Shown here: one piece after another, positions 11,599 through 23,845 of the stretch | Position numbering within the stretch: the stretch's first letter is position 1 | How the letters are laid out: the number at the start of each line of letters is the position of its first letter | The notes under the pieces: generated by a model | The model's input: only the letters and a program-made list of their open reading frames with translations | Told to the model about the DNA's origin: nothing | The model's database searches: none | Translations under genes and position numbers: made by a program | Assembly: GCF_009914755.1 (NCBI RefSeq) | Contig: NC_060935.1 | DNA: 64,000 bases | From: the human T2T-CHM13v2.0 reference genome, Homo sapiens | Strand: one strand, 5' to 3'

Positions 11599-13494
11599 TA
11601 GTAGCTGTTGTTTTCTTGGGGTGGAGGATCAGGAGTGAAAAGAATTTTGTCGCTGAAAATCAAATAAAGCTGTTGTCCAATCTCAGATAAAAGAACCAAA
11701 TGAAGTAACTCTGAAATAAGTAATAATATAGGAATCAATGAAAACTTGAAGTTTCAAGTTTTAGCTAGTGTCTCAATAGTCATAAAGTAACTATAGGATA
11801 TTTAAGAAGTATAAAGTATAATTAGTTTTGTCCTACCATTTTGAAATTAATAATATCTGATTAGAATGCTATTAAAGTGTTGTTATGCTTATGTTTTAGT
11901 AATAATCTGTTTTTAATTTTATTTTGAACATTAAAGTAACTAAAATCTTGCACAAACTGTCCATTGTTTCCTTTTGATGTGACTATTAGGAAACAGAAGA
12001 AATATCTTTGTCATATGATATTATTTTAAGGCCCAGATAGTAGTCAAAAGAACTTTGGTCCTAATTTAAAACTGTCAGTTTCTGGCCATGTAACCTGGGC
12101 AAGCAACTTCACTAGCCCAAGATTGTTCAGATAGATATCGTAAGGGCCATATAATTGTTTATTGAATAAATTGAGAGATCTACCACTGTGCACCTCAGTT
12201 GCCCAATCAATCAAATGAGGTCAGTGGGCTACAAACTGAGTTTGCTAAAGCTGGCAACACATTCAGACCTTATCTCAGAAAGAAGAGATGATTTAGGTGA
12301 TTTCAATGCATGAAGGGAATCAGTGAACTAGATCATTTGTAAGGTACTTTTTCTATCTAAATTTGAACGACAAGTTTAGTTTACCAAATGATATACAGTT
12401 CCTGAGCCAAGGTAAGGACTTACAGTCTACCAGCCATCATATTACTTAGTTATCTCTGACAAAGCTTTAGGTGGACTTTTTCATACATCAAAATGTCCTT
12501 CAAGATTATCCTTTTTTGCTAGGCTGCTTTCAGAGCTCTGGGACGTATCAAATCCATTATGTGTTCATGGGGTCCTTCCCTGAATAAATCAGAGTGGAGG
12601 TGGGATGAAGTCTCTTCATAGACTTCCGCATCTTTGATTACTTATATGCCTTTGGCAGCTCTGCAAAGACCACTGACTTGTGTGCTAAGACATACCAGTA
12701 TGCATCCAATCCCTCATTTAAAACCACATCTTTCTAGGAGGTGCTCTCTAGGAGGAAGATGGATGAAATAAATGTATCAGGAAGATGCCCAAGTAGATAT
12801 GCTACTCCCTTACCCAGAATATATCCCAGCTTAGTTTCTAGAGCTAGTATCCAGAGTTCTGAATTGGTGCAAAGACACAAAGGACCCAGACACCAATTCC
12901 TGGCATGCTCCCAAATGAGATGCTATTTTCAGGAAAGTTCCAAGTTTGGAGTGGATCCTTTGGAGGAAGAGCATTGAATTGCACAAGGAAAGCCAATAAA
13001 CATTCTAGTCCCCAACAGGGACTATAAGCCTTGTAATTACGTTTTAGACTGTGCTTGTCCATCCTCTTCTTCTCCATATCTGTAAACAACATGTTAGCTT
13101 TGGAGGTTTGTCATCCACTGTGTGTCTTTGGAGAGGGTGTTCCTCATCACAGCATCTGCAGTATTATAGCCAGTAACAGTTCGCAAAGGCAAACTTATGA
13201 AATAGCTTCTAAACATACTAAATCCTAATCCAAACAATTTATAACATTTCTTACTCAATAACTCTCAGAAGTCAACTAACTTGGAACTGCCCTAAACAAG
13301 TTAAGAAAGGAGTCAGACATCATCCATTGGGTTAATAAACTAAAGTGGAAGGAAGAACATGCAGGTGAAAAGTTTCAGATTCTAATCTCTTCAGTGACTA
13401 TATACTTATGTCTGGATCATTCTGTATCTTGATAGTGTTTTAAGTGTGATGATAATTATAATAATAAAAGCTAAGATTGAATAGTGATTTGCAG

Positions 13495-13730
13495 ATTAGT
13501 GATTAAAAAAAGGGCTTTGACATTAGACAGACCTAGGTTTGAACCCAGCTTTGCCACTTATTGGCTCTGCTAATTTAAGATAGTTAATTAATTACTGATG
13601 CCTCAGTTTCCTTATCTTTAAAAGAAAAATAATCGTCTTAGCCTAGAAAGATTGTTGTGAGGATTCAATGAACTAAGGAAATGCAGAATGCTCACCATAG
13701 TGAGCTCAACAAAGTTAGATTTTATTATTA
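13495..13730 (+). mobile_element. MIR SINE
   Basis: GACAGACCTAGGTTTGAACCCAGCTTTGCCACTTA...GCCTCAGTTTCC...GTTGTGAGGATT core. Confidence 0.75.
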
Positions 13731-14946
13731 ATGTATATGATCCTAACAAAACATTGTAATACTGTTTCCATTTTATGATTATGAAAACTGGGCTTCAAAA
13801 AGGGTAGGTGACAATTAGCTATTTGAAAATCTCTCATCGGTTAGCAAAGATCAAAATGATTCTAAAGTAGCACTCCTGGAAATGAATTGTGAGACTCATG
13901 GCCATCTCAAAGAGTTGTGGTCAAGATCTTGTAAGAAAATGTGTATGTAAACCATCTGATAATGGGAGACCCAGATTAAATCTGGGTGGTAGCTATAAGA
14001 TGGGGAGGCACAACTTCATAATGGACTTTGGAACCAGAAAACTTTGGGTTTGAAGTTTAGCTTCTCCACTTCAGATTTTCTGTGTTAGTTTGGGCAAGTT
14101 ACTTAAATTCTCTGAGCTCTAGTTTTCTTAATCTATCTCTGAGAGTTACTTTAAGAGTTAAGTAATATATGCCAAATACAAAACAAATAACAGCACTGGA
14201 TGAATGCAGAGTAAATGTCATCCCACATCATTATAATTTCCCATGGTGTAGTAATGACAAACAGGAAGAGTTTCAGTAATCTCTTGGGTTAGTGAGGTCA
14301 GAACAGGTATCTTAAGCAATGCTGAGTTAATGACCAGAATCTGAACTTTTTATCTTTTTCAATGGAGTGATGGATTGCTAGGGTAATGGGGTTGTGCTGG
14401 TGATGCTAAAGATAAACGTTAGAGTAATAGCAAGCTCAGTCAATAGAAACATGCTTACCATACCCTGGCCTTCTCAGTATTTGGTCCTTTCCCCACTTGA
14501 CAGCTTGTCTAATGGCAAATGTGAATTTTAAAAGTTTTCTCCCAATGCTGATTTCCTTTTGCCAGGAAGGAAACAACAATGGCTAATGTTGACATTTACT
14601 AAATTAATATTTCTGAATCTATGCTGTGTTAATAAGTGCTTCTCAAGTGTTCTGTTGTTAAATATGTGTGGGAAATGTTACACAGTAGTACTTGCATGCT
14701 TTCTCACCAGTATACATCACAGACACCTTCATATCACATCAGTTTTATAGATATTTCAAAATACATTGATACTTATCATTATTTCAAAATTATAATATTT
14801 ACCTTGCTGTTAGATCTTATTTAATGTATTAAAAAGCATATATATTACTATATCACACAATATATTATTTTAAATGTTTTTATAACTGTACATCAATGCC
14901 ACTGGCTTCCTTTGTAATCTTATACATTTATTTCATTCACTTAGAA

Positions 14947-15241
14947 TTTTTTTTTTTTTTTGAGACAAAGTCTCACTGTGTCATCCAGGCTGGAGTGCAG
15001 TGGCTAATCTCGGCTCACTGCAACCTCCACCTCCCAGATTCAAGTGATTCTCGTGCCTCAGCCTTCCAAGTAGCTGGGATTAAAGGTACATGCCACCACG
15101 CCCAGCTAATTTTTTTTTTTTGGTAAAGACAGGGTTTTGCCATGTTGGCCAGGCTGGTCTGGAACTCCTGACCTCAAGTGATCCACCCGCCTTGGCCTCC
15201 CAAAGTGCTGAGATTACAGGTGTGAGCCGTCGCGCCTGGCC
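14947..15241 (-). mobile_element. AluS
   Basis: Poly-T followed by the dimeric Alu reverse complement. Confidence 0.93.
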
Positions 15242-15339
15242 CCATTTAGACATTTTTATGAGAAGGGTTTACATAAGCTTTACCAGACTGCCAAGAGAGT
15301 TGAGTCCATGGCATGAAAGTCATTACAGTGAGCAATTCT

Positions 15340-15625
15340 TTCTTTCTTTCTTTCTTTCTTTTTTTTTTTTTTTTGCCAGGCTGGAGTGCAATGGCATGAT
15401 CTCGGCTTACTACAGCCTCTGTCTCCATGGTTCAAGTTAGTCTCCTACCTCAGCCTCCCAAGTAGCTGAGATTACAGGCATGAACCACTAATTTTTTGTA
15501 TTTTTAGTAGAGACAGGGTTTTGCCATGTTGGCCAGGCTGGTCTGGAACTCCTGACCTCAAGTGATCCACTCACCTCGGCCTCCCAAAGTGTTGGGATTA
15601 CAGGCGTTAGCCACCACACTGGGCA
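15340..15625 (-). mobile_element. AluS with (CTTT)n tail, small internal deletions and TSD GAGCAATTCTT
   Basis: Alu body lacking the segment next to the tail and part of the linker-adjacent region; GAGCAATTCTT occurs on both sides. Confidence 0.9.
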
Positions 15626-18600
15626 TCAGAGCAATTCTTAAACATTGATTATGGAAGTTATTGGCAAGTAAGAAGTCCTTAGCGGAGGAGGAAGGTGAAA
15701 GCAGAAGAAATCATTGTTTCCTACTAAAGTAGCCAGAACAACAATGAGCATGGAAGGTAGAGAACAGTCAATTCAAGAGCCCCTGTATAATTAGAACTCC
15801 ACTGTGACTTCCCTTTTTATTTCTCAATTTTTTCCCACATTCTCTTTCTTTTCTCTATTCACTCACACTGCAATGCCCTATCCCAAAGGCTTTGGATGTT
15901 TGTGACACCTTTCTGCAATCACCTAATTTGTGTATTTTTTCCCCACAGTAACCTTGTTACTTAGAGACAGGAGGTGGTTGATATATTTCCTTGAAGCGGG
16001 AGGAATCAATTCTAACTCCTTTTGGTACTGATGAGCATGGTGCTACAAGGAAATTTCTAGATAGCATAACATTATAACATTCACTCTGGGAACAAAGATC
16101 TCAGAGCATTTTCTGCCGCTATTTAGGAAAATTGTTGGATCACCTTTCCCAGGTTGCGAAGATTTTGGAGTGGATTTAACATTCACTCAAAGGTTAAAAA
16201 CTTTGACAAAGTACATTTTACTTCCTGTAGTGGTCTGGGAAATGCCCAGAGTGGATCAAAATGTCCTATACAAGCTACAGCTTTCTCCCAGCTTCAGGCT
16301 GAATTCTTAAATCCAGAGGTTGCATGTTACTAAACTGCTGGTTTTTAGACACTAGACTTTAAAGATTTTTTATTTTTAAATTAATACTTTGTAATACATT
16401 TTGCCATTTGTCTAAAATAGAATTCAAGAATGATGTCTGTTATGCCTAGTGCATCAGAAGTTATTTTAAATATGACATCTTTATAAAAGTCAATAGCTGC
16501 CTCATCAAAGGGCAATCATGTCTAGTGTGGGTGGCTGTGCCAATTGTTTTTGAACTACTGCAGCAATCTAGCCAATCCCAGGGAATGGCTTGCAGTCTTT
16601 CTACACCCACATTTTTTTTCTTAATTATCTCCACCAGGCTGAGTTAGTTAAGGACAGATCTATAGCATTTCCTGGATGTCAAAATGCCCACACACCTTCT
16701 GCAATCCTTGGGCTACCTGCTTCCTTTCATGTTTCTTTTGGCTTGTCCATCTAATTATCTATTATCATGTGTATATAATGCATTATTCATGAGACCCAGG
16801 CAATTTCAGGATGTAATATTTTTGATTTTAAAAGGAAATGACCTGAAAAATTATAACTTCTGCTTGCACAAAGAAAATAAGCAGTAAATTTGATAGCAGG
16901 TCTTCCATCGCACCACCTGCTTTTAAAAATAATCCGCAGAAATTTGAGATCATTCTCTAAATTAAAACTTTCCTAGCCATCATTCCATAAATGAACAGGT
17001 TCAACACCTAGATTCCTTCTATTCTGGGTTCAAATATGTTACTTTGATTTTTTTCATGATATACTTCTTAACAAGTTAAAAATTTGCGGTACCCACCCAG
17101 AATTGTAAATCACCAAAGGTTAGGGTAACTTAGGCCTTAATTTCCCCTACACTGCAAGAAATAGTTATAGACTATATCTTTTATATCACTCAAACTTGGA
17201 ACGGAAGTGGAATTTAGAGTTTATTCTGAGAACATCTCTTTTGTTTTATGTGTGAGGAAGCAGAGATCAAGAGTGACTGATTGACTTTTTTGGGTACTGA
17301 CAAGCGGTTGGAAGTAAAGCCTAAACTCAGGCTTTTAATCTTATTCACTGTGTTCTCTTGAAAAAAGGAATCTTATGAGTCCAGAGGTCTGTCCCCTTCT
17401 AAGGATTGGAGCAAATAAAGAGACCAGTCTTTGTCTCTAGGCCACAAGATCCACCAAGATAGGGACCATTTGGTCTTGCTTGTTCTTGAATCTCCAGATT
17501 GTAATACAGTTCCTGGCACATAATGGCAAATTATGTGTTGCCAATTAATACTTACAAAATAAAATTATGAATGCTAGAGTCTCTATAGAAAGTATACCTT
17601 TTGGGCAAAATGGGAAATGATCAGCCAAGCTCATGATCCACATAAGTATCAGAACATCTACCAAGATAAACAAGTACCCAGTGTCCAAGACTGGGATGAA
17701 ATTCCAGAGGATTGAAACAAAACAAGCCAGCATGAATTCATGTATCAGATATGAGCTGGGCTAAGTGACCTCTGAGAACCTTCCCAGAACCCAGATTCTA
17801 TGATTCACAAGTAAAGGTAATGTACATCTTGGCTTTGGTTCTTCTTATTCTTTGTATTTGTTTTTTGGGGAATTAGCAACTATGACTTAGATGGTATGTC
17901 AACTAGAGGAAGAGTCCTGCTTTCTTTGAGTGTCTAACTGTGGGAGAGGGAAATACTGTCTTAGGAAGACTAGTTAAAACTTTCCATTAGGCCTGAAATT
18001 TTGAAAACTATTTGTAAAAAATGTTTTTAATTTAATTAAATAAATCAAAATAGGAGAAAATAATGCCTACAGCTCCCTCTGATGCCCTAGTGGAGTTTAA
18101 GGCAGCATGGTCTAGAGAGGAACAAACACAAATTTCCTTAAAATTTGAAGAAAGACTCTGAGTTAGTCTTTACATCTTACTGGCAGTGTAGTGTTAGATA
18201 ATTCTGCACCTTACTTTCCTCATCTGTAAAAGGTGATTGGTGATTCCTACCTTACATGACTGATAAGGAAATCAAATGAAACCTATAGAGAGCTGTCAAA
18301 GTACTATATGAATCTAAAGTGTTATTACTAGGAAATACAAATAAAGTCTGCACTATAGCAGAAAAATCTCTTATAGGATTGTTTTATAATGTTGGAAAGA
18401 AAGCAGAAAAAAAATCCACCTGAATTTTTAAAAAGTCAGAATGAATACTCCAAAAATTGCCAAATGAGATTAGAGGCAGGGTTAAAGAATTCATCCTTCC
18501 CTCTCTGCACCATAGTGTTTTAAGGGTATTAATCTTTATGAAACACGTGTATCTTTCTCAAAAGACACTTGTTAAAGCAGCAGCTCTACATTCCAAAGTA

Positions 18601-18841
18601 AAAGAGGAAAGATGTCATATTTTTGAAATTATAATCACCTTTAAGCCAAAAAGGGGAAAAATTTTTTTGTTGAAAAATTTAATCTTTCTTTAAGACCTCT
18701 ATTTCCATAGCACTCAATGATGGTAAGCTTTCACTAGATGCTAATGTTTATTTTTATTGCTAAGTAGTACGCAATGTTCTTGACATAGATTATGGCATGT
18801 AAATTTAAGAGACTCACTGCTTGTTAAATTCCCACTAGAAA

Positions 18842-18880
18842 ACACACAGAGACACACACGCCCATACACACACACACACA

Positions 18881-18916
<36 letters not shown>
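18842..18916. repeat. Compound (CA)n microsatellite
   Basis: Interrupted CA runs, visible directly. Confidence 0.95.
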
Positions 18917-18917
<1 letters not shown>

Positions 18918-20289
18918 CAGTAGCAGATCAGCAGAGAAAGACACCAGCCAAAGAAAGATAATTTGAGATACTTCTGAGGTAGCAGTTGTAAAATTAAAAT
19001 AAGCAACTCATTAAATTATCCATAGAGTGAAAAGAAAGCTGCAAAAATAGATATTTTTCTGGCAAGTCAGTGCTTTTCAGAATAAATTTAGTTTTCAGCA
19101 GAGCTTTTAAATCTGATGATATCAGTTCATATTCATTAGAGTTATTTAAGTGGTTAGACTAGTTTGTCTAATTAAAACCAAAGAGTAGCTTTACTGGCCT
19201 TTGAGAGAAGTATATTTAATAAAAAATATGCTCAGTTAGACATCATTTTAACTGACAGATTGTAAGCAATATGATCGAGTGAATGTTACTTGAGCAAGTT
19301 TGAGCCTGGTCCCAAAATTACAGAATTACAAAATAAAAACCCTTTGTAAGTCATGCTTTAATGCTGGTTTTCCCTCATTTCTGTTTCTTGGCTGATTATC
19401 TATTTTGTGGTCATCCAGTCCCTTGCCTTCTCTCTCGCTCACTGCCTGATTTTGGAATGTTGTTTCTTACTAAAGCTTCCCCTAGAGGACAGGCCAGGAA
19501 AAGGAAAGAAACTAAATTCACCAGCTTCTCTTCTTATTAAGAATTTAGATCAGAAATCTGATAGGGAAAGAGTCTGGCAAATGAAAGGGGAAGCTTATTT
19601 ATGTTGATTTTAGATCTTTAAAAGCCTTCTTTCCAATGTACATTAATAGACAATTGAAAAATAATATTTTATAAGCCAACTAATCACTTGCTTTTAAAAT
19701 CCCCACTTACTACCTTGAGCATATACATTAGATTATGTTTTAAAATAACTAGTACTCTGGTTCAGTGAAATGAAAATGATATGTGCAAAGAGAATGTCAT
19801 AATGATACCTCCCATTTATGGAGTGCCTGCTTCCCAGTTTGCAAAGCCCTTATATATATTCTCTTCTATCCTCCAAAAATTGCTGTGTTGTAGGTCTTAC
19901 TATCAATGACACTGAAAAAGCTACTGGCAGGATGCTCATATTCTCATCTGAATCAATACTGGTATACTCCATTGGGGGAGCTAGACCAAGCTAAAATCTC
20001 ACATACAGAAATATTAATATGCAAGACCAAGGGGTATAAAAGTAGGCTAGGTTACTGTTAATTTAATAGCATCTAGGTTAAAATTCTCTCTCTTTCCTCT
20101 TTCTTCCCTTCTTCTCTCCATCACCTTCTAGTCTTCTGACTGATTCCAAACAGGACAATTGAAATGTCTTGCCTTCATGCTGAAGAGCTCTTTGTAAATA
20201 CACATAAACAGTGAATATCAGGTGCACCATTTTTAAAGTGCTATTCATTTCCACAACAGTTTAGGTGAAACCATGTCATCTTACAAGTT

Positions 20290-20291
<2 letters not shown>

Positions 20292-20323
<32 letters not shown>
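20292..20323. repeat. (GT)16 microsatellite
   Basis: Perfect GT repeat. Confidence 0.95.
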
Positions 20324-20327
<4 letters not shown>

Positions 20328-20579
20328 GATGACGTGACACTTTTGAGGTTTATTTAAGTTGTTAAAGACCTCAAGGTTACAAGACTTAGACTGTTAAGCA
20401 TTTTTCCTCCCAGAGACACGAAATCTACAATTTTCTCGATTCAACTGTCAACTAAATTGGCAAGTCAACTAAAAGGATAATATTCCCTTAACGATGCATT
20501 CATTTGAAGCCCTAGCAACTGTATTAGGCAGCAGCGAGTATTCGCTAGCAAGGGATGGCGCGGGGAGAGGGAACTCTGC

Positions 20580-21300
20580 AATTTAGAGTGACAGATGATT
20601 TCTTTCCCATCCATCAAGCTGCCTCAAAATGTCACAATATTTACACCTCTTTCTTGGTGAATTAGAATCCAGAGACAAGCAGACAGAAAGAAAAAAATAA
20701 TAATTCCGGCCGGTTGCCGCCTGATTGGAAAAAGCAAGCGTTGCACCTTTAAATTCTGCTCCTCCATTCCCCGTTCCGCACACCACCCCCCCCCGCCCCT
20801 CCCGGGATTTTGCAATAAATCTCCCAGTTCTGTGTTCAGCCCTGCAGATCCGTATTTAAAACAGCACCATCTGGGAAGGGTGGGTGGCGATGGTGATGCG
20901 GGCGCCTTGGAGTTCCTTTGCAGCACGCTTGGAATTGCATCAGACTGATCAGAAATCCCCCCGCCCCCAAGCTCAGCCCCTCCCGCCACGCTCCCCTGCC
21001 CGCCCCTCCCCTCCCCTCCCTTCGCGTAGATCTGACTGAGAAAACGACTGGATCTCGGAACAATCTGTGCCCCATTCGCTGCAGGCTTGCTCCGTAAACC
21101 CTGCCCTACGCTCCCTTTGTGTGCCGAGCAGCCTATCACCGTCATCTGATCCTAGCGCCTGTTTTTTATCTTTTCCTTCTGAATTTCCACAATATCCTCG
21201 CTTCGCCTATGAATCCACCTGCGCAGAGTTGGGATTCTTTCTTTCGTTCGTTAAAACAGTGGTCTTGAGTTTCGGAAACAGATTTTTCCTACGTTCCCCT
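20580..21300. promoter_or_regulatory. Intronic enhancer-like region ~3-4 kb downstream of the exon I TSS
   Basis: Repeat-free and CpG-enriched; CAGATG/CATCTG E-boxes (20592, 20868, 21143), ATTGG (20724), CRE half-site CGTCA (21140), GC boxes. Position agrees with the '+3 kb' intronic Bdnf enhancer described in rodents (orthology not verified). Confidence 0.55.
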
Positions 21301-21339
21301 CACCCCTACCCCAAGCTCTTGCCTTTTAATTAAGAAGAG

Positions 21340-22120
21340 CTGATCCGGGGAGGAGTCCAGAACGACCAAACCCTGGGGCGAAAACTGCCACCGGGCTTGG
21401 CTCTGTGGCCGGAACAAAAGGCCTGAGAAGGGGGTGGGGGTGAGGGTTATAGGAGTGTGGAGAGCCTGGTGGCCCCCGCCCAGGGGCGCCTAAGTCCCTG
21501 AGCTCCCTGAAGAGTGGCAAGAGGATAACGCAGCCGCGCGTTCCGGCAGTTCGCTGTCCCCCGGGGGTGCAGGCGGGGGCGGGAGAGGTAGAACACAGGT
21601 CTGGGCGGCTCCGCGCCGCTTCTATCTCACCCGCCAAGCCCCTCACCTCCACCCACCGCCAGTCCCCTGCCCACCCGGGTGGCGGCGGCGGCTCAGCGAC
21701 TAGCCGGCCGCCCTCCACCGGTGCCTCCGGACGCAACCTCGCCCTGGCAGGGCGGTCTGCGCGTCCAGCTGATTGGTGGCTCTGTCCAGCCGCCGCACGG
21801 AGCTAAAAGTGTTCTTCTCCACCGCCTCCAGCCGCCCAGGCCCCCTCGCCCGGCCCGCTCTCTGGCTCTTCGGTCCGGAAAGGACCTTCTACTCCCAGGC
21901 GGAGGCTCCCCTTTCCCTGAGTTACCCCGACTGACTCGGACCTGGGCTCAGTGAGGCATCCGGCCCGGCTGGGGAACGGAGCGCGGTCTCGGCAGCTCCC
22001 CTTCCCTTGAGAAAGCGGGAACCCTCTAAGCCAGCGCCCGAAACTCGCGGGGAGGGAGGACAGAAGGGAAAAAAAAAAGAAAACCCAGAAAGAAGCATCC
22101 AGCGAGGAGCGAGGGCGACG
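21340..22120. promoter_or_regulatory. CpG island over and downstream of exon III
   Basis: High GC and CpG density. Confidence 0.85.
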
Positions 22121-22170
22121 GAGAGGAAGAGATAGAATGAGGGAGGGATGGAGGCTGGAGGAGGGGGCGG
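21942..22170 (-). other. BDNF: BDNF exon III (TSS approximate)
   Basis: Minus strand ...GGATGCCTCACTGAGCCCAG|GTCCGA donor (GT at 21941-21940); AGTTTCGGGCGCTGGCTTAG recalled as exon III sequence. Confidence 0.85.
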
Positions 22171-22776
22171 GGTGGAAGAAGGGGGGCGGGAAGGAGGGAG
22201 GGAGGGGGAAAGAGAGGGAGGGAGGGATACAGAGAGAATGAATCCTTCTCACTAGAAGAGCTGAAATTACCTTGATTCATTTTTTTGTGTTGGAGGTTTA
22301 GCTTTACCTCCTTCCCTCTTCCCAACCTCCACCTCCTCTCCCCACCGCACACCACCTCCACCGCCTGATTCTAAATGCTACAAAGTCAAATTTTAGGAAT
22401 TCGAATGTTTTGCAAAAGCTTCATAATTAGTAATGAATCTACTGTACACACACACACACACACCAGCAAAGAGAACGGAAAAGAGGGAGGTGAAGAGGAG
22501 AAAAAGAGAGATAAATCTTACATTTGAATCAGACATTTGCAGGTCCAAGTTAACTAAACTCATTATATCCGCAGGAAGACTGAGTTTCTTTTTTTTCTTT
22601 CTCCCTTTGCCCCAGGGTTCTCACCTAGGGCAATTCAAACTGGGCAAATACCAAGAAACAACCCCCTCTCATGCTCTCCCTCTACCTCCTCCCCTCCACC
22701 ACGCGTCCTCTCCGGAAGACAGTATCAAAATAGCTCAAGAATTGGGGATGCAAGGGGTCCCCGCCCTGGTGCTTAC

Positions 22777-23272
22777 CTTCTTTGCGGCTTACACCACCCC
22801 GGTGGCTAGATCCTGGAGATAAACACTTGCATTTCCCAAAGTTAACCCAGTATACCAACCCGGAGCTTGCCAAGAGTCTATTCCAGCCTACACCGCTAGG
22901 AAGCCAACTTCAGCGAGCTCAATGAGGGGACCAAACTGGGGCTCGCTTTCCAAACGCTCCGCTCCAAAATCTGACTCTCTCTCCAGCCCCGATCTCAGTG
23001 TGAGCCGAACCTCAGAAAAGACGCTTTTTAAGGGCGACACAGGGTTGGCTTTACAGCGGGGCCAAGAAGACTACCTGGGGGTACCGCCACCTCGGACAAA
23101 TCCGTTGGCTCTGTCCAAGGTGCTGAATGGACTCCTATCGCCCGGATTACACACCCGGCACAGCAGGAGGAAAAGGCTTAAAAATCTCTAATTAAGTGAT
23201 ACTTGATATTGCTCTAGACGGTTTCTTCCACTTCCTTACGGTTTGTCACGTGCGGATGGCTTTGCCAAAGCC
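22777..23272 (-). other. BDNF: BDNF exon II with three donors: IIa ends 23075, IIb ends 22860, IIc ends 22777
   Basis: CCCCCAG|GTAGTC, GCTCCGG|GTTGGT and GCAAAGAAG|GTAAGC donors, spaced 215 and 83 nt. Confidence 0.88.
23107..23127 (-). promoter_or_regulatory. RE1/NRSE (REST-binding silencer) in exon II
   Basis: TTCAGCACCTTGGACAGAGCC, a near-perfect match to the 21-bp RE1 consensus. Confidence 0.95.
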
Positions 23273-23842
23273 ATCCTGTTAATAGTTGATCACATGTTGA
23301 TGAGAACCTTTTCTTCTACGAGAGGATTACCCATTACCGGTGATATGCACTTCTGACTTATTTCTCTCCCCCCAACCCCACCCCCCATCTACACCTAAAC
23401 TCCCAGTCTTTACCCCACCCTTACCCCCACTCCACCCCCTAACCCCAACCTCTAACAGCATTATTGTTTTTAGATGGAAATTAACCCCCTTGCAAATGTC
23501 AATTACATGCCCACATATAAATCATAGAATATGATCATACACCATACACATTAAGGAAAAGAATAGAATGCAAGACTGCTGAGAGACAAGCATCAGCCTT
23601 GAACAACCAATATAACACACACCCCCCCACCCAGCTCCAAGTTTGTTCCACGCAGTTCCACATAGCTGTGTCAAATCTCAAATGATTCCAATTAAAGTTG
23701 CACTGTGTAAAAACCCGATTCCCCTGGCCTGAGTAGCTGCTGTTCTTTGGCGTGTGAAGTGCTAGGAAGAGCCGTGATATGCCCGTTGTTAAGCAACATG
23801 TCAAGATTTTTCAATTATAATGCAGGTTTTATTGCTACTCAC

Positions 23843-23845
23843 CAT
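23843..23845 (-). CDS. BDNF: Exon I initiation codon giving the M-FHQVRRV-MTIL prepro-BDNF isoform
   Basis: The last three bases of exon I are ATG (context ACAATG, A at -3), immediately before the donor. Confidence 0.9.

Noticed and set aside
18741-19006. Cys-Val repeat ORFs
   Set aside because: Translation of the (CA)n microsatellite.
20583-22873. ORFs of 110-173 aa around exon III
   Set aside because: GC-rich and simple-sequence translations without coding signatures.
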